Shown: piece after piece, positions 1 to 10,498 of the stretch
Layout of the letters: each line of letters opens with the position of its first letter
How positions within the stretch are numbered: position 1 is the stretch's first letter
NCBI GenBank assembly: GCA_963739865.1
Contig: CAVUCA010000011.1
Location: 25,028 to 89,027, forward strand
Direction of reading: 5' to 3'
Length of the DNA stretch: 64,000 nucleotides
Source of the DNA: an uncultured Chloroflexia bacterium
GTDB lineage: Bacteria > Chloroflexota > Dehalococcoidia > Dehalococcoidales > UBA2162
The notes under the pieces: generated by a model
What the model saw: only the letters and a program-made list of their open reading frames with translations
What the model was told of the DNA's origin: nothing
Databases searched by the model: none
Position numbers and translations under genes: made by a program

Positions 1-2
1 AA

Positions 3-104
3 GCTATCAAAGCAAAAAACATGGCTAAAATTGAATCGAAATACCAAAAACTTATCGAAGCCCAGCAAGCTCTCAATAAAACTGTAATCGCCCAGCTAAA
101 GTAA
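3..104 (+). CDS. 3' end of an unidentified gene cut by the window edge (…AIKAKNMAKIESKYQKLIEAQQALNKTVIAQLK*)
   Basis: Frame 3 is open from the window edge to TAA at 102-104. No recognisable family. Confidence 0.2.
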   Translation, partial: AIKAKNMAKIESKYQKLIEAQQALNKTVIAQLK

Positions 105-162
105 AGACTACTTATTCTTCGATATCTAATGACCGGTCACTGAATTCATAGAGGAACAGTTT

Positions 163-1577
163 TTAATCGATAATACGGGGGCCATGGGGAATGGAACATA
201 CCGGACACTGCCGGCTATAACCGGCAGCATGATATCCAGTCATACCCCCGGCGGCATTGAAGACATTCCTAAAACCGTGTTGATTTAAGATACTGGCAGC
301 CATGCTCGAACGGCGTCCGGTACTACACATGACTATTATCGTTGAATCAGTATCCAATTCGCGGTAGCGCTGCCTTAAGTCCGGGACTGGGATGTGATAA
401 GCACCCTCGATATGAAAACGTTCGTATTCAGCTGGAGTCCGGACATCTAGCAGAAGTACTCCTTGTTCCGTATTTATCATACGGTGGACTTCTTCTGCCG
501 ATAACTGAGGTATATGCTCCGCAGGCAAACCCTCAATTGACCATTCAAATAGACCGCCATCCAGATACCCGGTGATATTATCTAGACCAACTCGCCTTAA
601 TCCGGTTACGGCTCTCTCAAGTTCAGATATTTCATTGACTATTAATAGAATCGCCTGTTGTGGAGGTAAGACCCATCCGGCGAAAACAGCAAAATTACCG
701 CCGATGTCATTATGATAACTATGTGAAATAAACTGGCTGCCGAATGCTTCATAACTCCGGACATCCAGGATAGTATGTTCTCCTTGTTCAGCCATACGTC
801 TAAATTCACGGGGAGACAACAACACAGGTCGAGGTAGATTTTTCAGTAATACCGGTCCAATCCGGTTGATATCACTGCAGCGGTTAAAATGATCCGGAGC
901 AGCAGGCATATTCGTAGTCAATGTATGAATGAATTCCTCACGGCTTGGTAGGTTAAGAGATTCATTGAACCTTTTTTCATAACCAATAGTACTGTACCGC
1001 TTTGCTCCAATAGACCGGCCGCATAAAGAACCAGCACCATGGGCAGGATATACTTCACAAAAATCAGGCAATCTCAGTAATTTAAGATACAAGCTATCGT
1101 ATAGTCCGGATGCAAGTTTCTGTGAAACATCCGGAAATAAATCGGGACGGCCTACATCTCCGACGAACAAAGTATCACCACAAAAAACAGAAACGGGTCC
1201 GGACCACGGGATGTATCCACAATTACATAGCTGACGTGTTCAGGAGTATGACCGGGTGTTTCAAGCACACTGACAGTTAAATTATCAATAACAACAACAT
1301 CGCCTTCAGCGAGGGCAGCATGTTCAAATTTGCATTTACCAGCTTTAGGGGCATAGATTCTGGCTCCAGTACGCTCGGCTAATTCCAGATGTCCGGAAAT
1401 AAAGTCAGCATGCAGGTGAGTTTCCAACACACCGGTTATCCTTAAATCCAAAGCAGCAGCTGCTGCCAAATAAATGTCGATATCGCGGGCGGGATCGATG
1501 ATGTAACAGTTTTTATCACCTGCTAATAGATAAGAACTATGAGCAATCCCGTCTATGAAGAACTGCTGTATTAACAT
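163..1577 (-). pseudogene. MBL-fold hydrolase fused to two rhodanese domains, frameshifted (pseudogene or assembly indel)
   Basis: ORF 1152..1577 has THLHADFISGH and TPGHTPEH. ORF 163..1170 continues with FVGDVGRPDL and a rhodanese CxxGxR loop (MCSTGRRS). The two frames differ by 1 nt, with the junction at homopolymer runs at 1182-1197. Confidence 0.85.
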
Positions 1578-1673
1578 CGGCCTGCTACTCCTTACTATTG
1601 TTGTAATATGCTCAATTATAAGTTATCACCGGCTGATGAGATTGACTGATTTAGATGATTCTATTTGAATCTG

Positions 1674-2828
1674 TTACTTTTTTCTCAGGTAATCAATCGC
1701 CCATAATATAAGATCGTCGCCTTCCAAGTCCAACTCAAAATCAGGAGTGATCCCTTTCCCCTCGATAAGACGGCGGTCGGGTGTTAACCAACGGCTGACA
1801 GTTAGATAGATAGCTGAACCGTCAGACAATTCAAACCAGCGGTCGGCACTGCCCTTACCATAACTGACCTTACCGGCAACTATACCACGCTCGTGATCCT
1901 GGATTGCTCCTGATAATACTTCGCTTCCGCTGGCACTGTAGTTATCAGTCAACACAACTATGGGTAGATCGGTGTGGACTTCGCTCTTCTCCACCGGATA
2001 GGAAGTTTCATGGCCACTATTATCTACGAGGTACATCACCACCCCTTTATCCAGGAAACAACTGGCGACATTGACCACTGTCTCGACTGCTCCGCCGGGA
2101 TTACTGCGCAAATCAATAATGATGCCGGCAGCTTTATCTGTTTTCAATTGTCTGATTATCGGCAGTAACTCCTCATCAGTACGGTCTGAAAAATGGGTAA
2201 TGATGATGTAGGCCATGCCCTCACGTAGTTCATAAGTAACACTCGGTACGTTGATGGTCTCCCGGATTATCTCCAGTTCTACAGGAGTATCTTCACCTTC
2301 GTGTATGATAGTGACCTTTACTGGAGTCCCTTCCGGTCCACGAATTATTAGAACCACCTCTTCTACACTTAATCTTTCGATCGATGCGCCGTTAACCGCT
2401 TGAATGATATCACCGGCCTTAATTCCCGCTCTTGCGGCTGGAGTACCCGGAATCGGCGCCACAATGATGATATGCCCTTCACGTACTCCTACAGTAGCTC
2501 CGATGCCACCGAACGTGCCTTCTTGATGGGTTATGTTCAATTCATATTCTTCAGGGTCAAGGTAAGCAGTATAGGGGTCGTTCAGAGCAGTTACCATAGC
2601 TTCTACCGCTGCCCGGTTCAGTTCAGTTGCATCTATGACATCCGGTTCAACATACTCTTGTGAAATAATATCCCAAGCTTCATCAACCAAATCGACTCCC
2701 GCAGATGTCGGAACCGGGCTGGTAAAAACAAAGATATCACAACCGGTACAAGTCCACAGTACAAGGACAGTCATTAATATCGAGGTTACTAACACCCGGG
2801 TCCGCTTAAACATCAAGACGCTCCTCAA
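1674..2828 (-). CDS. S41 family C-terminal processing peptidase with PDZ domain
   Basis: N-terminal signal/TM (LVTSILMTVLVLWTCTGC), PDZ-like GIKAGDIIQAVNG, S41 core IIDLRSNPGG…SASGSEVLSGA. Confidence 0.85.
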   Translation of the reverse strand: MRSVLMFKRTRVLVTSILMTVLVLWTCTGCDIFVFTSPVPTSAGVDLVDEAWDIISQEYVEPDVIDATELNRAAVEAMVTALNDPYTAYLDPEEYELNITHQEGTFGGIGATVGVREGHIIIVAPIPGTPAARAGIKAGDIIQAVNGASIERLSVEEVVLIIRGPEGTPVKVTIIHEGEDTPVELEIIRETINVPSVTYELREGMAYIIITHFSDRTDEELLPIIRQLKTDKAAGIIIDLRSNPGGAVETVVNVASCFLDKGVVMYLVDNSGHETSYPVEKSEVHTDLPIVVLTDNYSASGSEVLSGAIQDHERGIVAGKVSYGKGSADRWFELSDGSAIYLTVSRWLTPDRRLIEGKGITPDFELDLEGDDLILWAIDYLRKK

Positions 2829-2922
2829 TCGACCGGTGGTATCACTTCAACCATCACCGATCATACAATTCTCTAGTTGATTCGATTACGGAGTAATAAA
2901 GACAATACAGTCCGATTAACGA

Positions 2923-3585
2923 CTATGATGATGGTTTATTATTACGGGAAAATACGGAAAGAGCTGACTTTAATCCCTCTTCGGGTAATTGATTAATTCT
3001 GCCGGTAATTGTAGCCAGGATAAATGCGGCAGCAGCTTTTTCCAACAATTCACAGGCATCAAAGGCATCACGCAGGGTTCTACCAACAGCTAAAGCACCA
3101 TGATTGGCGAGAATAACAGCATGCCGATCCTCCAAAGCAGTAACGACATTATCCGCCAACTCAGTCGTGCCTGAAGGAGCATACCGGGCTACCTTTACAG
3201 ACCCACCCAGGACCATCACTTCTTCTTCGAGAAGTGCAGGAATCTCAACACCGGTAATCGCAACGGTACTGGCATATAGAGAGTGGGTATGTATAATCGC
3301 ATTAACCTCTTTACGAACCCGGTAAATAGCAAGGTGCAACGGTGTTTCCGATGAAGGCGCAAAACGGCCATCCACCATGCCGCCGTTAAAATCAACGATC
3401 GAAATATCATTTACTGATACCGAATCATAATACCGGGAAGTAGGGGTGATGGCGACTAAAGCTGTGCCATCTTCCGGTTTAAGCCGTCTGCTGACATTAC
3501 CCGCCTTACCGGTAACCAGGCCTTTTTCAACCAGTTTAAGGCTAGTCTTTAAAACGGATTCTCTTTCTTCTTGCCACTTAATCAA
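2923..3585 (-). CDS. class II aldolase/adducin family protein
   Basis: 220 aa. GKAGNVS near the N-terminus, metal-binding AIIHTHSLYAS, and NHGALAVG, typical of fuculose-phosphate aldolase-like proteins. Confidence 0.8.
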   Translation of the reverse strand: MIKWQEERESVLKTSLKLVEKGLVTGKAGNVSRRLKPEDGTALVAITPTSRYYDSVSVNDISIVDFNGGMVDGRFAPSSETPLHLAIYRVRKEVNAIIHTHSLYASTVAITGVEIPALLEEEVMVLGGSVKVARYAPSGTTELADNVVTALEDRHAVILANHGALAVGRTLRDAFDACELLEKAAAAFILATITGRINQLPEEGLKSALSVFSRNNKPSS

Positions 3586-3759
3586 TTCAATACTCCACGC
3601 TTATATCTTACGCTCGAATATACATCACCCGGGGTTACGGTGCAAACCACATCCTTAAAATACAGTGACCTTTTAAGCAAATACACTTCTTCAGAAATAC
3701 TAATTAGAAACCTGATTTACAATGGTGTGTCGCACAGTAATTTATTCACACATTATGTT

Positions 3760-4200
3760 TTAAGGAGGAACAGGACAACCAGCCCTGATGATTTCTACCG
3801 CTCCATTAACATCAACCTCGGTATTAACACATCCGTCTCTTGTAAGAGGAATGATTACTATTATTGGAGAATAATTATCTGCTAACTCACGAATATTCCC
3901 AATGCCTTCATCTAGTTCTTTTTGACAGGCAACTGCGACAATTACCCGGGGTCGTTTTTCATTAACATAGTTGACTGCCAACCTGCCTCCCGGTGCTACA
4001 CAAACTCCTTGATATCCCAGGCTTAAGGCCGTCTTGTTTAAGAGATTAATGGTACACGCGGGATTACATGCCGTACATTCAAGACCGTCTTTACCGTAAT
4101 TAGCCTTACATGTTTCTGCATGACGCAAGCAATGAGGTAAAAGGAGGATCCGCTCGGCAGCAGGTATTTCCGTGGTTTTTCTTATGTTAACTTTTCTCAA
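3760..4200 (-). CDS. DUF116 family Cys-rich protein
   Basis: LLLPHCLR…C…CTAC…C pattern and ~146 aa size match DUF116 as I remember it. Confidence 0.6.
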   Translation of the reverse strand: MRKVNIRKTTEIPAAERILLLPHCLRHAETCKANYGKDGLECTACNPACTINLLNKTALSLGYQGVCVAPGGRLAVNYVNEKRPRVIVAVACQKELDEGIGNIRELADNYSPIIVIIPLTRDGCVNTEVDVNGAVEIIRAGCPVPP

Positions 4201-4339
4201 TTCCAGTTCTCCATGTACGAAAAAGGCACATGATTATCAACGAGTAAACTTAACAGTTTATATCATGCTGTAGATAAAATATATTGGGAATAAAGTATCT
4301 GAAAAAACTCTCTAAAACCACGAATCATTGAGATTATCT

Positions 4340-5041
4340 TCAAGCTACAGCCTCCACCATATAAGCAGCGAAGGTTGTCAGGCTTTTTCTAGCTTGCCTT
4401 ATACCACGGTATAATGTCCATCCCTGAACAGGATGCCGGATGAAAAAGTTGATGATTTTGTTCCATTTATAAGAAGACAATACCGGTAAGGTATCGTTCA
4501 CCGCATCTGATACCGCCCGTCCGACGATTAGTGGAATACCGTATTCCTGGGCAATCATAGAAATCCAGTAGCTTTCCATATCCACGATATCAGCAGATGT
4601 AGATCTCCTGAGAGTCTGTTTAGCTGAAGGTGAAGACACCGGCTGGTTAGCTGAAGCACCGATACCACAGGAAAGACCCGGGATATTACAGTCCCTGGCT
4701 ATCGAATACAAAATAGAATCAGCATCTTGACGGACACCGGTTGGGTCATCTGCGCACATCATACTAGAACAAACGAACATATCTCCGGTATGCGAAACCG
4801 GCTTTAGTGCTCCGGCAAAACCCAAAGATACTATCGAACTGACCGGATAGCGGTCAATAATCCAGCGGCAGATAATACTGGCACGCCGTCTACCGACACC
4901 ATGGCTAACCAGCAACAGGTTTTTCCCCTTATAGGAACCACGGTATATTCGTGCACCATGGTAAATATCAGTGTCTTCAATGACCATGGACGAACGAAAG
5001 CAATTTATTTCTTCCTCAAGAGCGCCAAACAATACCAGCAT
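4340..5041 (-). CDS. nucleoside phosphorylase-family protein (PNP_UDP_1; MTA/SAH nucleosidase, HpnG or MqnB-like)
   Basis: 233 aa. SLGFAGAL and DMESYWI motifs typical of MTAN-like nucleosidases. Lies directly downstream of the polyprenyl synthase. Confidence 0.6.
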   Translation of the reverse strand: MLVLFGALEEEINCFRSSMVIEDTDIYHGARIYRGSYKGKNLLLVSHGVGRRRASIICRWIIDRYPVSSIVSLGFAGALKPVSHTGDMFVCSSMMCADDPTGVRQDADSILYSIARDCNIPGLSCGIGASANQPVSSPSAKQTLRRSTSADIVDMESYWISMIAQEYGIPLIVGRAVSDAVNDTLPVLSSYKWNKIINFFIRHPVQGWTLYRGIRQARKSLTTFAAYMVEAVA

Positions 5042-5109
5042 TCAATTTCCTATAAGGTAATCGCCACCAAATTGTGTCCAAATGATGAGTATTTTACCAC
5101 CGGATAGAG

Positions 5110-6126
5110 TCAAAAAGTACGGGTCTTTAAAAAGGTGATTATCTCCGAAAGGTCGTTTTTAATGGATGGAATTATTGGTATTCGATGCAGAATTTCTACC
5201 GCATTCTCAATATAATGCTCGGTCCTTTTCTGGGTATATTCATAAGCACCGGAGCTTTCAAGGATACCGATGATTGTCTGAACAGTATCTTCAGTTATTT
5301 TTTCATTGCGGTAGCTTCGAATTAAGGTTTCCCGCGAAGATGCCGGCGCATTTTGAATGGCATAAACAACCGGTAATGTCTTTTTCCGGTGCCGGATATC
5401 GTTTCCGGAAGGTTTCCCGGTTTCTGCTTTTTTTCCCCAAATCCCCAGAATATCATCCCTGGTCTGGAAGGCCATACCCAAATTCCAACCGAATTCACGT
5501 AAAGAAATGATCGTATTACGGTTTTCTGTGCCAAGTTCAGCCCCGGTCTGGATGGCACAGGTAATCAGGGCGGCAGTTTTACATCCTATCATTTCGATAT
5601 AGTCAGCTATACTAATATCCGGCTTTGATTCAAAGCTGATATCGAGATACTGTCCTTCGATCAAACTAATAGTAGCTTCATCAACCAAACTCTGGACACG
5701 AATCTGCTTTTCCGGTGACACTTTCAGTCTACGCAAGGCTACTGCTGCCAACATGCGCATAGCAGTCCCGGCATTTATAGCTTGAGCTTTACCCCAGACG
5801 CACCAAACAGTAGGTTGATGGTGACGCTCGGTGTCATTATCCTGGATATCATCGTGAATCAAGGAATAATTATGTACCATCTCAATACCGGCAGCTGCTG
5901 GTAAAGCTAGATGGGAATCTCCGCCAACTGCCTCACAAGTCAACAAACAAAGTGTCGGTCGGACTGCCTTTCCATTAGACCGTTTTTGCTCCTGGTTGTG
6001 ATTGTCTACCCATCCGAAATGATAGCGCAGCATGCTGTACATGCATGATTTTCTTTCATTGATTATCGACTTAATCTCTTCATCGATTTGAGCATGATAC
6101 CGCTCAAAAACCGCCGGTAGTCCCAT
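5110..6126 (-). CDS. polyprenyl (geranylgeranyl/farnesyl) diphosphate synthase
   Basis: First and second Asp-rich motifs LIHDDIQDND and FQTRDDILG. The start overlaps the dxs stop (ATGA at 6126). Confidence 0.9.
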   Translation of the reverse strand: MGLPAVFERYHAQIDEEIKSIINERKSCMYSMLRYHFGWVDNHNQEQKRSNGKAVRPTLCLLTCEAVGGDSHLALPAAAGIEMVHNYSLIHDDIQDNDTERHHQPTVWCVWGKAQAINAGTAMRMLAAVALRRLKVSPEKQIRVQSLVDEATISLIEGQYLDISFESKPDISIADYIEMIGCKTAALITCAIQTGAELGTENRNTIISLREFGWNLGMAFQTRDDILGIWGKKAETGKPSGNDIRHRKKTLPVVYAIQNAPASSRETLIRSYRNEKITEDTVQTIIGILESSGAYEYTQKRTEHYIENAVEILHRIPIIPSIKNDLSEIITFLKTRTF

Positions 6127-8120
6127 CAGGACACTCTCCCTCCAGTCGATGCCCCGGTAAATAATTCCGGGAAGGCTTTTTTTACCCGGTTGACGATACC
6201 TTTTGAATCCAGTTCATATTTAGCACGTAGTAAATCCTGGTTACCGTGTTCAATGAAAACATCCGGTAAACCCATACACTCTACTCTTGCAGTTACTTTA
6301 TTCTGGGTTAGCATTTCTAAAACAGCACTCCCGAAGCCACCGATTAACGAATTTTCCTCTATGGTAATAATTCTACCGGTAGTACCGGCCAGTTTTTGGA
6401 TTATCGCTAAGTCCAATGGTTTAGCAAACCGTGCATTGGCAACCGAACACTGGAGACCCCCGGCTGCCAGTTTTGCGGCAGCATCCAAAGCTGGGAATAC
6501 TGTCGCTCCTATCGCCAGGATTGCTAAATCATTACCCTGCCTTAGTATTTCGCCCGATCCAATAGGTATTGTTTTCATTGTATTGACTGTTTCCGATGGA
6601 CCACCATTTCCCCGGGGATAACGAATAGCTACCGGTTTTCCATAGGTTACTGCACTGTATATCAGGTGCTGGAATTCGACCTCATCTTTAGGTGCCGCAA
6701 CAACCATATTCGGAATACCCCGTAGATATGTTATGTCAAATGCTCCCTGGTGCGTTTTACCGTCATCACCGACAATACCAGCCCGGTCGACAGCGAAAAT
6801 TACCGGTAGGTTCTGAAGACACACATCATGGACAATCTGGTCATAAGAACGCTGTAAAAAAGTAGAATAGATAGCTACGATAGGGATAAGACCTTCAGTT
6901 GCCAGCCCTGCGGCTAAGGTAACTGCGTGTTGTTCGCAAATCCCAACATCATAGACCCGTTTTGGGAAGGCTTTCGCAGCCGGCATTAGCCCCGTTCCGT
7001 CAAGCATTGCCGCACTAATAGCAACGGTGTTGTCGTTTTCCTGCATCAAACGGAGCACGGTTTGTCCAAAAACCTGACTGTAAGAAGGTAAAGGATCAGG
7101 TTTTTCGACATAAGGGGCTACTCCGTGAAACCTGGTGGCATCAGCCTCAGCTTCCGCATGACCTTTTCCTTTCTGGGTAATAACATGTACCAGAGTCGGT
7201 CCCGTTTCCCGGGCAGCTCGTATAAAAGCTGCTTCGGTTTTTTTTTCATCATGTCCATCTACCGGTCCCAGGTATGTAAACCCCATTTGTTCCCAGAAGT
7301 TGGGAAGAATAACACCTTCTACCTGGCTTTTTACCCGCTGGCTCAGTTCCCAGGCGAATTTACCCATAGGCAACCGTTTTATTTCCTTTCGGGCGACTCT
7401 TTTTGCTGATTCATATTTGGGATTAAACCTGACTTTATTTAGCAGCCTGGATACAGCCCCGATACTTGGGGAAATCGACATACCGTTGTCGTTCAACACT
7501 ACGATAACCCTGGTGCCGAGGTGTCCGGCATGGTTGATCGCTTCCAGGGCCATTCCGGCACCCAGCGATCCATCCCCGATGACGGCGATTACGTGATGCT
7601 TGTCCCCACGGGTATCACGGGCTAAAGCCATACCCAAAGCCGCAGAGATTGATGTTCCGGCATGCCCGGCACCAAAAGCATCGTGTTGACTTTCAGCGCG
7701 AACCGGAAATCCCGATAGACCGCCATATGTGCGTAAGGTTGAGAAATCATCCTTACGGCCAGTCAATAACTTATGCGCATAACTCTGATGACCCACATCC
7801 CATATTATCTTGTCTTCCGGACTGTGGAATACACGGTGCAAAGCAATAGTAAGTTCGACAACACCCAAGCTGGAAGCCAGGTGGCCGCCATTATGAGATA
7901 CGGTCTCAATCAATACTTTTCTGATTTCCGAAGCAAGGTAATTAACCTGAGTCTGATCCAACTTCTTCAGGTCTTCCGGAGAGCCTATCCTGTCCAATAC
8001 ACTTTGCACTCTATTTCCCGTTATTCCTAGTTTATATACTGTATATCTCCAGGTACCAACCAACATTAAAAAACCTATTACCGATATTATAAGTGTAAAT
8101 GAAAAGTTGTTCCATATCAC
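6126..8120 (-). CDS. dxs: 1-deoxy-D-xylulose-5-phosphate synthase
   Basis: LDRIGSPEDLKKL N-terminus, GHQSYAHK, TPP motif GDGSLGAGMALEAIN, transketolase-like C-terminal half. The longest ORF starts at GTG 8120 without an SD. The true start is probably near GTG 8009. Confidence 0.92.
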   Translation of the reverse strand: MIWNNFSFTLIISVIGFLMLVGTWRYTVYKLGITGNRVQSVLDRIGSPEDLKKLDQTQVNYLASEIRKVLIETVSHNGGHLASSLGVVELTIALHRVFHSPEDKIIWDVGHQSYAHKLLTGRKDDFSTLRTYGGLSGFPVRAESQHDAFGAGHAGTSISAALGMALARDTRGDKHHVIAVIGDGSLGAGMALEAINHAGHLGTRVIVVLNDNGMSISPSIGAVSRLLNKVRFNPKYESAKRVARKEIKRLPMGKFAWELSQRVKSQVEGVILPNFWEQMGFTYLGPVDGHDEKKTEAAFIRAARETGPTLVHVITQKGKGHAEAEADATRFHGVAPYVEKPDPLPSYSQVFGQTVLRLMQENDNTVAISAAMLDGTGLMPAAKAFPKRVYDVGICEQHAVTLAAGLATEGLIPIVAIYSTFLQRSYDQIVHDVCLQNLPVIFAVDRAGIVGDDGKTHQGAFDITYLRGIPNMVVAAPKDEVEFQHLIYSAVTYGKPVAIRYPRGNGGPSETVNTMKTIPIGSGEILRQGNDLAILAIGATVFPALDAAAKLAAGGLQCSVANARFAKPLDLAIIQKLAGTTGRIITIEENSLIGGFGSAVLEMLTQNKVTARVECMGLPDVFIEHGNQDLLRAKYELDSKGIVNRVKKAFPELFTGASTGGRVS

Positions 8121-8172
8121 GAAGCACAGTAGTCACCATGTTTATAAAGAACTATTATTTATCAAGTAGCTC

Positions 8173-8517
8173 TTATGATTTGACCATCACCAGCAGCATC
8201 TTGAATTTCCTGACCGCTTTCAGGGCATGTGGTTCATTAGCCGGCATCACAATCATCTCCCCCGTAGATAGGTTATGCTGCTTGCCGGAAATAGTGATAA
8301 TAACCTGTCCATCGATGATATATACTAAGGCATCGAAAGGTGCTTTGTGTTCGCTTAAGCCCTGTCCTTCATCGAAGGAAAACAGCGTAACAGTGCCGGC
8401 CTGTTTTTCTACTAGTGTACGGCTGACGACTGCACCGGTCTGGTATTCGATAAAGCCCGCCATGGACTGGGCATGATTCAGATCAATAGCTTTTTCTTCG
8501 CCTTTTCGCGGACTCAT
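8173..8517 (-). CDS. cupin domain protein
   Basis: 114 aa, cupin motifs GLSEHKAPFDALVYIIDG and MPANEPHAL. Confidence 0.75.
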   Translation of the reverse strand: MSPRKGEEKAIDLNHAQSMAGFIEYQTGAVVSRTLVEKQAGTVTLFSFDEGQGLSEHKAPFDALVYIIDGQVIITISGKQHNLSTGEMIVMPANEPHALKAVRKFKMLLVMVKS

Positions 8518-8625
8518 GCGATCCTCCTGATACTTTTATTAACCGGAATAAAGTCTTTAGCGTATATTATAGACTAAGCGTGCATGATATGCCTAAACAG
8601 GAGGGCTTACCAAAACAAGTTAATT

Positions 8626-10497
8626 TCAGTTGATGGATGGTCCTGCTTGTTCGGTGGCACTTAGAGTATTAAACATCCGGGCATAAAGTCCGTTCTTTGC
8701 CATTAGTTCTGTATGATTGCCGCTTTCGGCGATTTTTCCGTGTTCGAGAACGATGATACGGTCGGCATTAGTTATCGTGGATAGACGGTGGGCGATAATG
8801 ACACAGGTACGCCCCTGTGATAGATTACCAAGAGAAGCTTGCATGATGCGTTCGGTATTAGTATCAACACTCGAAGTAGCTTCATCTAGTATCAAGATAC
8901 GCGGATTGGCCAAAATAGCGCGGGCAAGACAGACAAGCTGGCGTTGACCGGCACTTAGATTACCACCCCTCTCACCGACAGACGTATCGTAACCATGTTC
9001 AAGGCGGCTGATGAATTCATGAGCACCGGCGGCTCTAGCTGCTTCCTCAACTTCTTTCTGACTGGCATCAAGGCGGCCGTACTTGATATTGTCGCCCAGG
9101 CTTCCGGAGAAAAGATACGGATCTTGTGGTACGATGCTGATCTGCTTTCTTAGAGATTCCTGGCTTACCGATGCGATATCATACCCATCGATCAGTATCC
9201 TGCCCCCGGTCACATCATAAAAGCGGGCAATGAGACTCGTCATACTACTTTTTCCGGCACCGGTTGGCCCGGCGATAGCCACCGTCTCACCGGCGTTTAT
9301 TTTAAAATTGATATTATGAAGGACCTCGGTTTCCGGGTTATAAGCGAAGGCGACATGGTCAAACTGGATATTACCTTTCACGGTGGGTAAATCGATAGCG
9401 TTCGGGATGTCTTTGATTTGCGGTTCAACATCGAGTAGCTCAAAAATACGGACTGCTGAAGCCATTGCTCTTTGCAGTTCCGTATAAAGCATGACGGTCT
9501 CCATAACCGGAGCAAAGAAGCGCTGGACGAACAATAGGAAAGCCAATACAGTACCGGGAGTCGCCGTACCGGACGCTACCTGTAAACCTCCATATACTAG
9601 TACAATAGCAAAACCGATATTGGTCAGAATCTCAACAATGGGCATCATGAAAGCCTGTAGTTTAGCAGCCTGAACATTGGCATCAAGATGGGCTTTATTC
9701 GCTTCGTTAAACTGTTTAAGATTTACGCCTTCCCTTGACATACTCTGGGTTACCCGGACTCCGGATATGCCCTCTTGTAGTTGGTCGTTGACTACTGCAA
9801 TCGCTCGCCGCACACGGATAAAAGCCCGCCGGGCATTTACCTGCCAGATAAAAATCACAATACCCAGGACCGGTACGACACTCAATGTAATCAAGGCCAG
9901 CGTCCAGTTCATGTATATCATGATCACGGCAATCAATATCAAGGTAATGATATTCGCTGCCATGCTAATGATATCCTGAGTCACCAATGTTTGAACCTGG
10001 TCGACATCGTTTTGCACCCGAGACATTACTTTGCCAACTTTATTGGAATCAAAGAAACTTAAAGACAACCGGTGCAAATGGTCGAATAAGCCGGTGCGAA
10101 GCCGGTATAATATCCCCTGACCGGCATAACTCAAGTACAACGTTTCCATATAGGTACCGGCCCACATTACCAGTGATAGCCCTACGTAGGCCAGAGCAAT
10201 CAGTGTCAGGCCGGTAACATTACCGGTCAGCATATAATCGTCGGTAGCTTTTTGTACTATAATCGGAACAACAACAGTAGTGAGACTGCGGACAAGAGTA
10301 CCGATAGCTCCGGCTGTAATGAAACCCTTGACCCAGGACATGTACTTCGGAATACGTTTGATGACCCGCGAATCGTATACTTTACCCAGTATATCGTCAT
10401 CATCGGCATCAATCGCACCCCGAAGACGGGCAATCGGGGGGCCGCCAGGCCCGCCTACCCCGGGAGGACCGCCGAAGCCACCGCCTCCGTGAAACAT
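8626..10497 (-). CDS. ABC exporter, fused permease/ATPase (heterodimer partner B)
   Basis: Six-TM domain plus Walker A GPTGAGKSS, signature LSAGQRQ, Walker B ILILDEATS. Start placed at ATG 10497, 9 nt after AAGGAGG. It follows the upstream stop (10499-10501) after a 1-nt gap. Confidence 0.92.
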   Translation of the reverse strand: MFHGGGGFGGPPGVGGPGGPPIARLRGAIDADDDDILGKVYDSRVIKRIPKYMSWVKGFITAGAIGTLVRSLTTVVVPIIVQKATDDYMLTGNVTGLTLIALAYVGLSLVMWAGTYMETLYLSYAGQGILYRLRTGLFDHLHRLSLSFFDSNKVGKVMSRVQNDVDQVQTLVTQDIISMAANIITLILIAVIMIYMNWTLALITLSVVPVLGIVIFIWQVNARRAFIRVRRAIAVVNDQLQEGISGVRVTQSMSREGVNLKQFNEANKAHLDANVQAAKLQAFMMPIVEILTNIGFAIVLVYGGLQVASGTATPGTVLAFLLFVQRFFAPVMETVMLYTELQRAMASAVRIFELLDVEPQIKDIPNAIDLPTVKGNIQFDHVAFAYNPETEVLHNINFKINAGETVAIAGPTGAGKSSMTSLIARFYDVTGGRILIDGYDIASVSQESLRKQISIVPQDPYLFSGSLGDNIKYGRLDASQKEVEEAARAAGAHEFISRLEHGYDTSVGERGGNLSAGQRQLVCLARAILANPRILILDEATSSVDTNTERIMQASLGNLSQGRTCVIIAHRLSTITNADRIIVLEHGKIAESGNHTELMAKNGLYARMFNTLSATEQAGPSIN

Positions 10498-10498
10498 G

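Noticed and set aside
8010-8120. N-terminal transmembrane extension of Dxs
   Set aside because: It depends on a GTG at 8120 with no SD. Dxs homologues start near …LDRIxSPxDLK, so it is most likely an artefact of longest-ORF calling.
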